64,000 bases of DNA, from contig CAZMBC010000001.1 of NCBI GenBank assembly GCA_964564685.1, forward strand, positions 162,376 through 226,375. Direction: 5' to 3'. The DNA comes from an uncultured Christensenella sp. GTDB taxonomy: Bacteria; Bacillota; Clostridia; Christensenellales; UBA1242. A program made the translations under genes and the position numbers. A model generated the notes under the pieces. That model saw only the letters and a list, made by a program, of their open reading frames with translations. It searched no databases and had not been told where the DNA came from. Shown piece by piece: positions 37,074 through 47,742 of the stretch; position 1 is the stretch's first letter, and each line of letters begins with the position of its first letter.

Positions 37074-40000
37074 TTATTCTGTTGTATCTTTTTTTGTAAC
37101 CACAAATGGAATATTACTACTATAGTTTGAAATTATTAAGTTTCCGCTTAAATCATCTGGGAACTGAACATCACCATTAAATACAAACTTATAGTTAGTA
37201 GTAGCATCATTATTTAATGTATTTAGATGTGTAAATACTGGTTGGTCATCATTCTTTAGAATATTTCCATTTTCGTCACGCTCGTAGCGCGCTAATACGT
37301 CAGAGGATAATTGCTGAATTCCAGAAATATTAAGTCCATTTCGATTGCCAATCGCGCCTACTGAAGTATCTTGCGTACAAACAGATATTACACTTGAAAT
37401 ATTGTCGGAATTTGTTGAGCCAATTGCAACACCATAGTTTCCAGTTGCATTTGTTAAATAGTTAACAACATAACATCCATTAATTTCGGATGTGCTTGCT
37501 CCGTTTAGGCCTACAAGTCCGCCAACACAACTTCCACTTACACTCGAAATTACAAATTGATTTACATTTGCTAAAGATGCATAACTTACTTTTAGTGTGC
37601 CCTTGTTGTAACCTACAAGTCCGCCAACATTAATTCTAGAAGTGGTTGCATTTGCATTAATTATACCTATAAACCCACATCCAATAACTTTTGCATTATT
37701 ATTGTTCTCATACACTATTCCACCAAGGTTGTTGGAGTTTATTTCTGAGTTGGCTAGTACATTACAGAACTCAATGCTTCCGCTATTTTGATATGCTATT
37801 CCGCCTAAATATGCGGTGTCGTTTTCATTGGCAATATCAATTTTAGCATTCACTAGGCGAACACTTTCTATTAAGCCAGAGTTGGTGTTTGCCACTCCAC
37901 CAAAGTTAGTATCCCCCGATATATCTTGAGTAATGTTAGCTATAAATGCAGTTTCTGATGTTCCCAATTGAATATCCGTTATTGTACCTTGGTTATTTAA
38001 TACAACACCACCACCCTTAAATCCGTTTGTACAGTTAGAGAATTCAATACTACCTGTTAAAGTTATATTTTGGATTGTACCATTATTTTCAAACGCGATA
38101 CCGGCGTATTGAATTTTATTAAACTGGCTGTCTGTTTGAAGTGGTGCATAGTTTAGAGTTATGTTTTTAACAATTGCACCTGTGGCAACCTCAGTAAACA
38201 TGGTCATGTAAGTGCCTTTGCTAAATTTAAGGTTAGAAACAACTTTATTGTTGCCATCTAATGTTCCCGTAAACACTGTGCTATCATTAACAAAATCCAC
38301 GCCAGTCATATCAATATCGCTATATAGTATAAAATTACTATTAGGACTGTAAACAATGTTAGTAAACATTTGCGAAAGTGTATCGTTATTAGTAGAGTAA
38401 ATTACAAATGGAGTTTCCGCAGAGTCAGTAACTCCTCTGCCTGAATAGAACATATTGTTATGAACCTGAACAGTATTGGTTGTATCGGATACAAAATTGC
38501 TTGTGTAGTAACGCAACTGAACAGAGAAGTTGTTGCCCACAAATGGGATGTAGAATATCTCATCTAAGGAATTTATTCCCGAAATTACAAATGGGTTTTC
38601 TTCGGTAATAATTTCGGTTGTATATGAAACATTGCTGTCAGTTATAACCGTTTTACGAATTGTTCCACCTGTTATTATTGCTTCAACCTTGCAATTAATG
38701 CCTTCAGCATCCCATGTAATTATTCCTTTATCCGGAATAGCGTTGATGTTTGCAGGAATTACATTTGCAGGGTTATCGATTGTAATTGAGGATTCATTCG
38801 AATTTACATAAGCTTGTTGTGCACTTTGATATGCAACCGTGTTGCCCAACGCCGTAACATAAATTTTAACCTTGTTTTTAGAATATGCAACCATATTGAA
38901 TATATTAAAATAGAATATAGTATTGCCGGCTTCATCTGTTTTACTATCAAACATAGATGCATCATTTTTTACAGTATAATATTCTTTTCCATATTCAATT
39001 GGATTTTCGTTGTTTTCGGCGTCTACTGCCATAAAGCGCACTTTATAATCCGAAGCATTTGGAATTCCCTGCCATTTAACGTAATTGTCGAACTTGCATT
39101 CGTTTTGTAACGAGTCATCTTCGTTTCTGTATATTCCCTGTTCAATAACTACGCTGTTAAATTTCTTAACAAGCAGAGTACTAACATCCGAGCCAATAAT
39201 ATATTCACTATCTTCTAGGCTAACATTTTCGAAATTAACACCAACTAAATAGCATCCCTCTTCATATTTATCATCCAATTCTAGTTTAAAGATATCTTCA
39301 ATGTTTTCATTGTCATAGTTTATATAAATAGTTTTAGTTTCTGCCCCAGCCAAAGGCTCGCCTGTATTAGGATTGGCCTTAACTATAGTAGCCTTGGTTT
39401 TTAATGGGACAAGCGTTTCAACACCCGCATTTTGCGTTCTATCCCAAACAATAACGCCATCTTTTACACGAATTTCTGGTGCAAACATTTTAGTAACCAT
39501 AATCGCTTTATTAGAATACACACCTGTTAAATAAACAGAGTTGTTAGAGTTTGCCTTAACTTTTATAGAGTAAATTCCACCTGTTAGATAGTCAGAAATA
39601 TCATAATACGCAATATTTGTTGTATCGTCCACAACCGAAGAACTAATTTGTTCATCCTGCATTTCATTAACATTTAGCGTATAACTATCGGCATTGTTAT
39701 TGTACTCCCATCTAACAAGTTGTTCGTTGCCCATAATTTCAAAATAAGGATTAATTTGTTTTAATCTGTAGTATGCGGTTGTGTCAACTGGATTACCCGC
39801 AACATAATTAACTCCACCATATTGCGTGCCCAAAGGAGTAACCTGCATGCCGTATGCCAAATCATCACTTGAATAGTTGGTAGGTAGTTCAAGCGTTGTT
39901 CTAGTTCCGCTATACAAAACCGCATTTTGACTTTCTGTTTTGTTTCCGCTTTTGTCTATCCAGAAGAACACAACTTTGTAGTTGCTTATGCCGTTAGCAT

Positions 40001-43000
40001 TATCATGCTTCCACGCAAACCTACCATTCTTAAGCCACGAGCCCAACGTGTCTTGAGTAATTGAAGAAAGTTTAACTATTGGTACAATGTTTGATAGTGT
40101 TTTGGATGCAACAAAGCTTACTTCTAATCCACTTGAAACCTTATCCTCACTATCACTGTTATACGCAATTGCTGTGTGATATGCACCCGCATTAATGCGT
40201 TGGCCTAATTCCGAATTAAACGCAAAATAGTTTGTATCGGATGGCAAATCAATTACTATTGTGTTTTCATTGTTAATCCAATCTTTTTGTTGATCACTTG
40301 CCGATAGCGTTTCGTAAATGTTAGAGTTTAATAAATAAAGTTTTTGTTCACGAATGCCTAAATTTTGACTCCATTCAAGTACGCCACCCTCTGTATCTCC
40401 ACGTGTAGTTGAATAAGTAAAGTTTACAATTGAGTTTAGGAAATTAATTTTAACTGTGTTGTACATAGTACTCATTAACAACGCGCTATCAGAAGTTGAA
40501 TATTCGCTACCTGCTAAATACAACTGATACGTATAGGTGATATTGTATGCAAGTGCGTTTGTGCCCGTAAACAAATCAAACACATCATAAATTACGCCTT
40601 GGTCGTTATTTGATTTAATAACCAGGCCTGTTGTTCCAGTACTTGACGGAGTTAGTGTAACCTGACGAACTGCATGGTCCTCGGCTGATGGCACTGCCAC
40701 CAACAAGTACTGTGCTTCATCCATATTAGGAACTTTTGTAAAGTAGATATCGCCACCCTTTGTATAGGTGTTTTTAGCAACTGCATATTTAGTAGCTGTC
40801 ATAGTAGCAGAATAGTTGCCTGGTAGTATTCCCGAAACTGCTGGTGTAATAACAACTTCGCCTGATTCGTCATAAACCGCCTCACTGCTGGTATTACCGC
40901 TAACCGCTACTTTAAATGTGTAAGACCTATTTGACGCCAAAACATCCTGATTGTTGTAGCAATAATAAGCGGTTTTAGTTGTTTCATCAATTAAATAAAT
41001 AGGTGAAATGTAGTCTTTAATTTCGGAGTCATTAACTTGCAAGTTAAAGCTGATATAACGCTTGTATTTTTCAAACAGTAAATTATCGCTTGTGGTTAGG
41101 GTGTTATTAAGAGCCCTGTCATAAATAATCTTTAATTCCGAAATTTCAGTGTCTGTTAGTCTGCTTAAACCAACATTCCAGCCAAATAAACCCTTTTGAA
41201 CATATGGTTTTGAAATTACTGCTGGTTTATAGATGTTAATGGATTTTTGCTCTACACCATCCGTAACAATATAATAGGAATTATCCAAAACATAATACGG
41301 CTGAACAATGATATTGATTAAGGTATCACTAGAGTAATTTCCAATTTCTATTTCTCTATCAAAATTGAAAGTTGTTTCTTCACTATAAACGCTTTCAATC
41401 CTTTCAAACTTAACAAGTTCGCCTTCCTTGCCTGTAATTGTAATAGTTAGTTTGTATGACTCAACTCCCTCAATATTTTTCCACCTTATAACACCATTGG
41501 AAAGTGTTAGTGTATCAATTGAGGTCACAAGTAAAATAGTGGCATTTCGCGTGCAATAATCACCATTTAAATAGTAGACCATTGAGCCATCAGTTTGCTC
41601 AACACCGCTGTGCATATTTTGACTACCCAATGCCCTTGCAACAAACGAATAACTGCTTACATTACTTAAATCAAGTCCCAATAGACTTATATCCACATTT
41701 GTGTCGTTATATTGTAAAGCCACAGAGTTAGTAGTGTTTAATAGTTCATATTTTTGCGCATTTTCTACTTCTTCCCACGAAATCACGCCATTTAAAATAG
41801 AAACACTTGTGTTTCCAAGTTTTTCAACAATTATATCCGCACTTATAAAGGAAGAAAGTGTGCTGGTTAAGTTAGTTTCTGCAATAACTGCTATTTTGCG
41901 TTTTTCATTATACGAGCTGTTAAGTGTAATTTTATTTACACCTTCAGTATTGGTGATTGTATATTCAGCACTATTCATTTCCACTGGCGTTCCGCTAGTT
42001 GTGTTGTAAAGTTTGTAATTTGTTGCACTTTCTACATCATTAAAGAATAACTCACCACTAATAATATAAAGTTCAGGAGTTGCAACGCGTTCTACAAGCC
42101 CTGCGTCACCATTAACAGAATAGAAAATTTCTGCGCTGTCCATAACATCATTTCCGTTTCCTACATATTTAACGGAAATTTTGTAGGTTTTTCCGTTTTG
42201 AAGTTCGGTCATATTGCCAAACTCATGTTGGGTAACTGTTGCACCTAAGTTAATAGCCTCGCACACAGGGGAAAGGGATTGGTCTGACAACAACTCGTAA
42301 AATATTATCTGCACGGCCAAAGGACTATCTATGCTTGAAGTGGATGCAGGAAGGTAATTAGCCCATGATAATGTAGAACCAGTAAGAGATATTCCACGTG
42401 GGCTGTTTAGAATAACAACCTCGCAAGAAGTTTTGTTACTATTTGTATAGTAAGTGCCACTTGTAGCGGTGTTGCCTAAAGCCATTAAGTTAAAATTATA
42501 AGCACCAATTTCTGTTAATGCTGGCACATTATAAGTTGTTGTACTAGCCGTATAAATGTCACTTCCGCAAGAAATCATATAGCCTGCGTTATTCTCTACA
42601 CCCGTCCAGCTAAATACATTTCCCACTTTTTTAAAGTTAGTTGGAGTGGCAAGTTGTTCAAATGTGTATTCAGCACTCAATTGCGAGTTTAACATCCCGC
42701 TAGTTGCAATTGCGCGCACCTTAAACACTCCGGTAGTTGCAGTTTTAAAGCGTAGTGTATAAACGCCTGACTTTAACGAAAGTTCGTAATTACTTTTGCT
42801 AACAGGTGTGTAGTTTTCACCAGAAAGCATATAAATTTCGTAATCAGATGCGTTTTGCACCTCGTTAAACTTTAACTCGCCAGCTTGCGCAAATACACTT
42901 ACTGCACCAACTTTTTCAAGTGGTTCAAATGTTGTTGATGCCGAGTGAATTGTGTTTTCACCCACAACACCCTTTGCAGCAACAGTAATTTGATAGCTGC

Positions 43001-45863
43001 CTTTAGGCAAGTCTTCTAATTCATAAGTTCCAACATATTTGTTTGCTTGTTTTTTAGCGGTTATTACTAAATTTTCAAAACCGGCATAGTTAATTGAGGC
43101 GCTAAAGCAATCCACAGTAGCTACAGCGCTAACCGATATTTCAATCGCTCCATTTTTAACAGCTACGGTTGGTTGCGCAAGCATTTCCACAACAGCCACT
43201 GCGCTTGGATTAGCATTTAGTAAATATGTTTGGCTGCCCGAAATATCAAATGGTCCATTGCCGGTCTTTAGCGCAGTTATGTTAATTGCATAAACGCCTG
43301 CACCTAATGGAAGAGTAGCTGTTTCCGAGCTAACTTCGAGTGTTTGCGCTGCGTCTGCACCTTGACTTTGCAGATAATATGAAACAGCATACTTATCCGC
43401 ATTTTCTATTGCTTCCCAAGTTATAACATTGGTGTTGTTTACGCTTTTTATTGTTATAGATTTTACCTGGGCAAGTTGTTTTAAACACATTATTGCGCTA
43501 GAACTGCTATTAAAGTACCCCTCTTTTATTTTAGCAATCGATATATAATTTTCTTCCAAGCCATCTAACTGTGTTAATTCACTTGCGGAAACTATTTGTG
43601 TTTTAATAACTAGCGTGCCTTCAAGATTATTATAATATTTAACAAGGAAGGTACAATCATTGTCATTAACCCAATTAAATGTTCCGTTTGCGTTATTAAC
43701 GCTTGTAAGAGCCGAAAGTTTAGTAAGTGTTTTACTTTCTCCGTCCGAGTTTAAAATATTTTGATTGTTACCTAGTGTATAAACGGTTACAAGGTTGCTG
43801 TTGTTAATATTGCTAGTAGTAGGAGTGTATTGGTTTGTAGAAAGTGTATCGCTAACAGCATTATTAAATTTAACAACATATCCAAAGTTATTAACAGTCT
43901 GCCAGGTTATTACATTGTTGTTGGCTTGGTTTGTAGTTACCGTGATGTTTGAAACATTGTTTGCTTTAGTAAAGGTAAACCACATATCGTCTGTAGCAAT
44001 AGCATCTACTGCAGCATTAGATGTTGGGGAAACAATTATCCTATATGTTTTTCCGCTTGAAAAGTTGGTTAACGCATACACATCATTTAAACTAAAAGAG
44101 TATCCCGTTTGTGTTATGGTAATTGCACTGCCAGAAAGCGTTGTATTAACTAGGCTAGCTCCGTCTTCGGTTATCTGCACTTTAAAGTGCGAGGCATTTG
44201 AAACTGCGTTAAACGCAACAACTCCTTCATTTGATATGGCTGAAATAATGCTATCTTCTAACTTAATTACAACTTCTGCCGACATTGTATTAATGTCCAT
44301 AACGCAGTTTGCAATTTCAGTATCGCCCACTGATATGCTATTGTAAACAGGGCGCACATAACAATTATAAGTTCCACCGTTTAAGTTTGGAATAGATGTT
44401 AAATCTACAACATTACTTGTTGAGTAATGTTTATAGAATACGCTTTCGCCAGTATTAGTTCTAAAGTAAAGCTCGTAAGCAAGTTTGCTTGCGTCTTCAT
44501 CACTAAACCCCATAGCAAAAAGAGGTTGTAGTGAAATAGTAAGCGTATTTGCCTCGTAATCAACATTTGAGGTAAGTGCAGGCAGTTTTTTAAAGTTAAT
44601 TACTTGCGTTTTTGTGGTATTTTCGCCATAAACTTGCGTTTCGGGATTACCCACAGCAACCACATACATTTCATATTCGCCCGCAGTATATTGCTCTTCA
44701 GTTAAATTTTCCTCTGGTTTAAAAATTGTTTGAGTATAGTTTTTAAACTCGTAAACTTTATCGCCCTTTTTAATAAACACATCAAATCGGTTAGTGCCCG
44801 TAACTGCATCCCATTTAAAATAAGAGTTTAGCGCCGTACCCTTTACATCCACATCCGTGCTAACTAGCTTAAAGTTTTGTGGCGCACTTAAAGTATTAAC
44901 TGTTTTCACTTGAGATGAGCCACTTTTGTACACATATGTAACAACGCCAGTGCTTTCATCCAAAACACCCAATTCAAAATCGCTGCTAGGAACGGCGTTT
45001 ACTGTAAGTTTGTAGGTGCTTAAGCCTTTTGCCGAGAAATTATACTCACACAAGTTGGCGGTGTTTTCAAATGTAACACCATTATCCACCGAAACATTAT
45101 AAGTAATGTTAAGCGATGTTTCCGCCACACCATCTGGAAGCGGATTTAAAACAGCATTCCAGGTTATTTTGCCGTTGTTTATTGTAACATTTTGTGGTGT
45201 ATCCAAAACATACAGTTTAATTGTGTTGCTAAATTCACTATCAGCATCCACTGCTTTTTGACCAAGTGCTTTAACCTTTATGTCATAGCTACCGTCTAAA
45301 GAATATATTGTTTTAACATCATATTGCGTAATATTTTTATCTACTGGAATTTCGGTTTCGTTAACAACTAAAGCATATCCCTCAATTAATTTATTTGGTT
45401 GATTGGAAGAAACTGCCGTCCAATTAACAAGTCCTGTATTGCTATCAAACGAAATTTGCGGAGTTGCAAGCACTTGTGGTTCGGGGTTAACGGTTATTTG
45501 ACAATGTTGCACAACATTTCCACTTTCGGATTTAAACTGAACAACAGCGTTGCCTTCTGCAATCGCTTTAAAATACACTTTTTCGTTAAAGGTTCTGTTT
45601 ACTATGTAATCGTTGTTCAAAATGTTAACAACGCCCTTGCCCTCAATCACATCCACAAAAACTTTGGTATTGGATGATTTGTTAGGTGAAAGAGTAAATT
45701 CAACAAAAAATTCTTCACCTACAATAACATCATTAAGTTCGTTTGCGCTTAAGGTCATTTTAGTAACAGTAATTTCAATTTTAGAGCAACTACAAGCTCC
45801 TAAAACGCTTGAAGCCAACATACAAAACATAATAGCGAAAATTGTCTTTAGTTTTTTCATCAT
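37074..45863 (-). CDS. Giant cell-surface (lipo)protein: Big_2-like Ig domain, about 20 FN3-like repeats, and a C-terminal GLUG-motif repeat region
   Basis: The ORF is open to 45905. The likely start is MMKKLKT... (about 45863), with lipobox-like LGAC. A W-x-x-V-x-N-A-x-x-Y motif recurs about every 90-100 aa. The C-terminal repeats GGIAYQNSGSIEFC, GGIVYENNNNAKVIGC, VGGLVGYNKGTLKVSYA and VGGLVGLNGAS are GLUG-like. Confidence 0.8.
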   Translation of the reverse strand: MMKKLKTIFAIMFCMLASSVLGACSCSKIEITVTKMTLSANELNDVIVGEEFFVEFTLSPNKSSNTKVFVDVIEGKGVVNILNNDYIVNRTFNEKVYFKAIAEGNAVVQFKSESGNVVQHCQITVNPEPQVLATPQISFDSNTGLVNWTAVSSNQPNKLIEGYALVVNETEIPVDKNITQYDVKTIYSLDGSYDIKVKALGQKAVDADSEFSNTIKLYVLDTPQNVTINNGKITWNAVLNPLPDGVAETSLNITYNVSVDNGVTFENTANLCEYNFSAKGLSTYKLTVNAVPSSDFELGVLDESTGVVTYVYKSGSSQVKTVNTLSAPQNFKLVSTDVDVKGTALNSYFKWDAVTGTNRFDVFIKKGDKVYEFKNYTQTIFKPEENLTEEQYTAGEYEMYVVAVGNPETQVYGENTTKTQVINFKKLPALTSNVDYEANTLTISLQPLFAMGFSDEDASKLAYELYFRTNTGESVFYKHYSTSNVVDLTSIPNLNGGTYNCYVRPVYNSISVGDTEIANCVMDINTMSAEVVIKLEDSIISAISNEGVVAFNAVSNASHFKVQITEDGASLVNTTLSGSAITITQTGYSFSLNDVYALTNFSSGKTYRIIVSPTSNAAVDAIATDDMWFTFTKANNVSNITVTTNQANNNVITWQTVNNFGYVVKFNNAVSDTLSTNQYTPTTSNINNSNLVTVYTLGNNQNILNSDGESKTLTKLSALTSVNNANGTFNWVNDNDCTFLVKYYNNLEGTLVIKTQIVSASELTQLDGLEENYISIAKIKEGYFNSSSSAIMCLKQLAQVKSITIKSVNNTNVITWEAIENADKYAVSYYLQSQGADAAQTLEVSSETATLPLGAGVYAINITALKTGNGPFDISGSQTYLLNANPSAVAVVEMLAQPTVAVKNGAIEISVSAVATVDCFSASINYAGFENLVITAKKQANKYVGTYELEDLPKGSYQITVAAKGVVGENTIHSASTTFEPLEKVGAVSVFAQAGELKFNEVQNASDYEIYMLSGENYTPVSKSNYELSLKSGVYTLRFKTATTGVFKVRAIATSGMLNSQLSAEYTFEQLATPTNFKKVGNVFSWTGVENNAGYMISCGSDIYTASTTTYNVPALTEIGAYNFNLMALGNTATSGTYYTNSNKTSCEVVILNSPRGISLTGSTLSWANYLPASTSSIDSPLAVQIIFYELLSDQSLSPVCEAINLGATVTQHEFGNMTELQNGKTYKISVKYVGNGNDVMDSAEIFYSVNGDAGLVERVATPELYIISGELFFNDVESATNYKLYNTTSGTPVEMNSAEYTITNTEGVNKITLNSSYNEKRKIAVIAETNLTSTLSSFISADIIVEKLGNTSVSILNGVISWEEVENAQKYELLNTTNSVALQYNDTNVDISLLGLDLSNVSSYSFVARALGSQNMHSGVEQTDGSMVYYLNGDYCTRNATILLVTSIDTLTLSNGVIRWKNIEGVESYKLTITITGKEGELVKFERIESVYSEETTFNFDREIEIGNYSSDTLINIIVQPYYVLDNSYYIVTDGVEQKSINIYKPAVISKPYVQKGLFGWNVGLSRLTDTEISELKIIYDRALNNTLTTSDNLLFEKYKRYISFNLQVNDSEIKDYISPIYLIDETTKTAYYCYNNQDVLASNRSYTFKVAVSGNTSSEAVYDESGEVVITPAVSGILPGNYSATMTATKYAVAKNTYTKGGDIYFTKVPNMDEAQYLLVAVPSAEDHAVRQVTLTPSSTGTTGLVIKSNNDQGVIYDVFDLFTGTNALAYNITYTYQLYLAGSEYSTSDSALLMSTMYNTVKINFLNSIVNFTYSTTRGDTEGGVLEWSQNLGIREQKLYLLNSNIYETLSASDQQKDWINNENTIVIDLPSDTNYFAFNSELGQRINAGAYHTAIAYNSDSEDKVSSGLEVSFVASKTLSNIVPIVKLSSITQDTLGSWLKNGRFAWKHDNANGISNYKVVFFWIDKSGNKTESQNAVLYSGTRTTLELPTNYSSDDLAYGMQVTPLGTQYGGVNYVAGNPVDTTAYYRLKQINPYFEIMGNEQLVRWEYNNNADSYTLNVNEMQDEQISSSVVDDTTNIAYYDISDYLTGGIYSIKVKANSNNSVYLTGVYSNKAIMVTKMFAPEIRVKDGVIVWDRTQNAGVETLVPLKTKATIVKANPNTGEPLAGAETKTIYINYDNENIEDIFKLELDDKYEEGCYLVGVNFENVSLEDSEYIIGSDVSTLLVKKFNSVVIEQGIYRNEDDSLQNECKFDNYVKWQGIPNASDYKVRFMAVDAENNENPIEYGKEYYTVKNDASMFDSKTDEAGNTIFYFNIFNMVAYSKNKVKIYVTALGNTVAYQSAQQAYVNSNESSITIDNPANVIPANINAIPDKGIITWDAEGINCKVEAIITGGTIRKTVITDSNVSYTTEIITEENPFVISGINSLDEIFYIPFVGNNFSVQLRYYTSNFVSDTTNTVQVHNNMFYSGRGVTDSAETPFVIYSTNNDTLSQMFTNIVYSPNSNFILYSDIDMTGVDFVNDSTVFTGTLDGNNKVVSNLKFSKGTYMTMFTEVATGAIVKNITLNYAPLQTDSQFNKIQYAGIAFENNGTIQNITLTGSIEFSNCTNGFKGGGVVLNNQGTITDIQLGTSETAFIANITQDISGDTNFGGVANTNSGLIESVRLVNAKIDIANENDTAYLGGIAYQNSGSIEFCNVLANSEINSNNLGGIVYENNNNAKVIGCGFIGIINANATTSRINVGGLVGYNKGTLKVSYASLANVNQFVISSVSGSCVGGLVGLNGASTSEINGCYVVNYLTNATGNYGVAIGSTNSDNISSVISVCTQDTSVGAIGNRNGLNISGIQQLSSDVLARYERDENGNILKNDDQPVFTHLNTLNNDATTNYKFVFNGDVQFPDDLSGNLIISNYSSNIPFVVTKKDTTE

Positions 45864-46040
45864 TTCACCCATTTTCCATTTTTTATACAGTATTTTAACA
45901 TACAATCATAAATAAGCCAAAGCGTTTGGAACATTTATTTATATTCATATAAATAAAACAATTTCAATTAGGCAAGTTAAAGTTTAAAATTATTTTAAGT
46001 AAAACGCGCCAAAATATCACTTATTAAATTTGTTTTAACA

Positions 46041-46072
46041 AAAAAAATTGGCAAGTTTTTTGCCAATTTTTT
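46041..46072. terminator. Hairpin terminator after cls (bidirectional form)
   Basis: A7-AATTGGCA-loop-TGCCAATT-T6. Confidence 0.65.
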
Positions 46073-46079
46073 ATATTAT

Positions 46080-47606
46080 CTACATTAAAGGCTCTAAAAA
46101 TTGCAAAAGTTTTGCAATAAATTTTTCGCCGGCTTTACGATTTTTCATGTCCTTAATAGTAATAAGTCGTGATTGTTTAATTGTGTTGTTGATATCGTCT
46201 GAAATAGCTTTAACAGTAGCACTGTTTTGTAATAATACGCCATTTTCAAAATGTAAATATAAACTTCTAAAGTCCATATTAATTGTTCCTATAATTGCGC
46301 TTTCATCATCCACAACAAGCAATTTTGAGTGTATAAATCCTGGCTTGTATTCGTATATTTTAACATTCTCTTTAATTAGTTCTGAAAAACGCGACCTAGC
46401 CATATAATAAGGAATTTTTTTATCTGGTGTTCCGGGTACAATTATCGTAACATTAACGCCACTGCGTGACGCAATTTTTAACGCATTAGACATTTCGGCA
46501 TCCGTTATAAAGTAAGGCGTGGTTATTAAAATGCTTTTTTGCGCATTGTTAATCATGTTCAAATAAATGTTTTTTGCACTCTGACCTTTTGTAAGAGGTG
46601 ATGTGCCAAATATTTGCACAAATTCCTTGCTTTTTAGTTTTGGCAAATCAAGTGGAATGTAGGGAGTGTAATCAGAAATAACCTCTTTGCTAGCAAACTG
46701 CCAACTGTTTAAAAACAGCGTGGTCAGCGCCCAAACACACTCGCCCGTAAGCTTAATTCCGCAATCTTTCCAATCACCAAATCTATTAACAATATTTGCG
46801 TACTCATCTGCAACATTTATTCCGCCAGTAAAGCCCACCTTGCCGTCTATTACTACAATTTTGCGGTGTGTGCGATAGTTTACAAATGCGTTTAAGTGCA
46901 AGGATATTTTGTTAAAAGGCACGGCCTTAATTTTAAAGTTTTCTAGTTTTTTAAAAGTATTTTTATCTTCAAATCTATCCAAGCATCCAAAGTCGTCATA
47001 AATAATTTTAACCTCCACGCCCTCTCGTGCTTTTTCCTTTAAAATTTCAAAAAGCTGGCTAAAAATTTTGCCCTCTTCAAAAATAAAATACTCTATAAAA
47101 ATGTATTTTTGTGCTTTTTTAAGTTCGGCAAAAAGCGCCTCAAAATATTCTGCTCCATTTTTGTAATATTGGGATGCTGAATTTTGATAAACGGGCAAAT
47201 AACAGGTGTTTCTTATATACATAGATTGTTTGTACTGATTATCGCCCAGTTTGGAAAGCTCTTTTAAAACCTGCTCGCTGTCGTTAACATAATTAAAAGA
47301 GTTGTAAAGTATGTTATTCCAAGATTCGCGCTTTTTACGACTACCCTTGTTAACCTTTAAATAAGCGTAAAGCGTTAATCCAAAAATTGGCAAAACAATA
47401 ATAACAAGCGCCCACGAAAATTTGTAATAGTTTGTTTCTTCTTTTGATATAATAAAGCCCAAGAACACAAGTGCTATAAGAAATGATGCCACACCATATA
47501 TATAAGAGTTTATAAACCACAAACCAACAAAAACAATCACATTTAGTAAAAATGTGATTATTAGCATCATTTTTGAGGAATATAAAAACTTAAAAAATTT
47601 TTTCAC
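46080..47606 (-). CDS. cls: Cardiolipin synthase (PLD superfamily, two HKD motifs)
   Basis: 508 aa. N-terminal TMs. HRKIVVIDG and HSKLLVVDD. Confidence 0.9.
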   Translation of the reverse strand: MKKFFKFLYSSKMMLIITFLLNVIVFVGLWFINSYIYGVASFLIALVFLGFIISKEETNYYKFSWALVIIVLPIFGLTLYAYLKVNKGSRKKRESWNNILYNSFNYVNDSEQVLKELSKLGDNQYKQSMYIRNTCYLPVYQNSASQYYKNGAEYFEALFAELKKAQKYIFIEYFIFEEGKIFSQLFEILKEKAREGVEVKIIYDDFGCLDRFEDKNTFKKLENFKIKAVPFNKISLHLNAFVNYRTHRKIVVIDGKVGFTGGINVADEYANIVNRFGDWKDCGIKLTGECVWALTTLFLNSWQFASKEVISDYTPYIPLDLPKLKSKEFVQIFGTSPLTKGQSAKNIYLNMINNAQKSILITTPYFITDAEMSNALKIASRSGVNVTIIVPGTPDKKIPYYMARSRFSELIKENVKIYEYKPGFIHSKLLVVDDESAIIGTINMDFRSLYLHFENGVLLQNSATVKAISDDINNTIKQSRLITIKDMKNRKAGEKFIAKLLQFLEPLM

Positions 47607-47742
47607 TACAAATTCCTATGTTAAATATTATTTTTTGTATAACCTTATAAATTATTTGTTTACCACATACATTTTAGCACATTAATATAAAAACATCAAA
47701 ATAAAATGTATTATTTAAGTGCTGATTAGTCAAAAATCGCCC

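Noticed and set aside
38814-45915. Plus-strand ORFs inside the giant gene (38814..39110, 41701..42009, 43795..44346, 45399..45677, 45613..45915).
   Set aside because: They are antisense to a continuous 8.8-kb ORF with a clear repeat-domain structure. None has an RBS.
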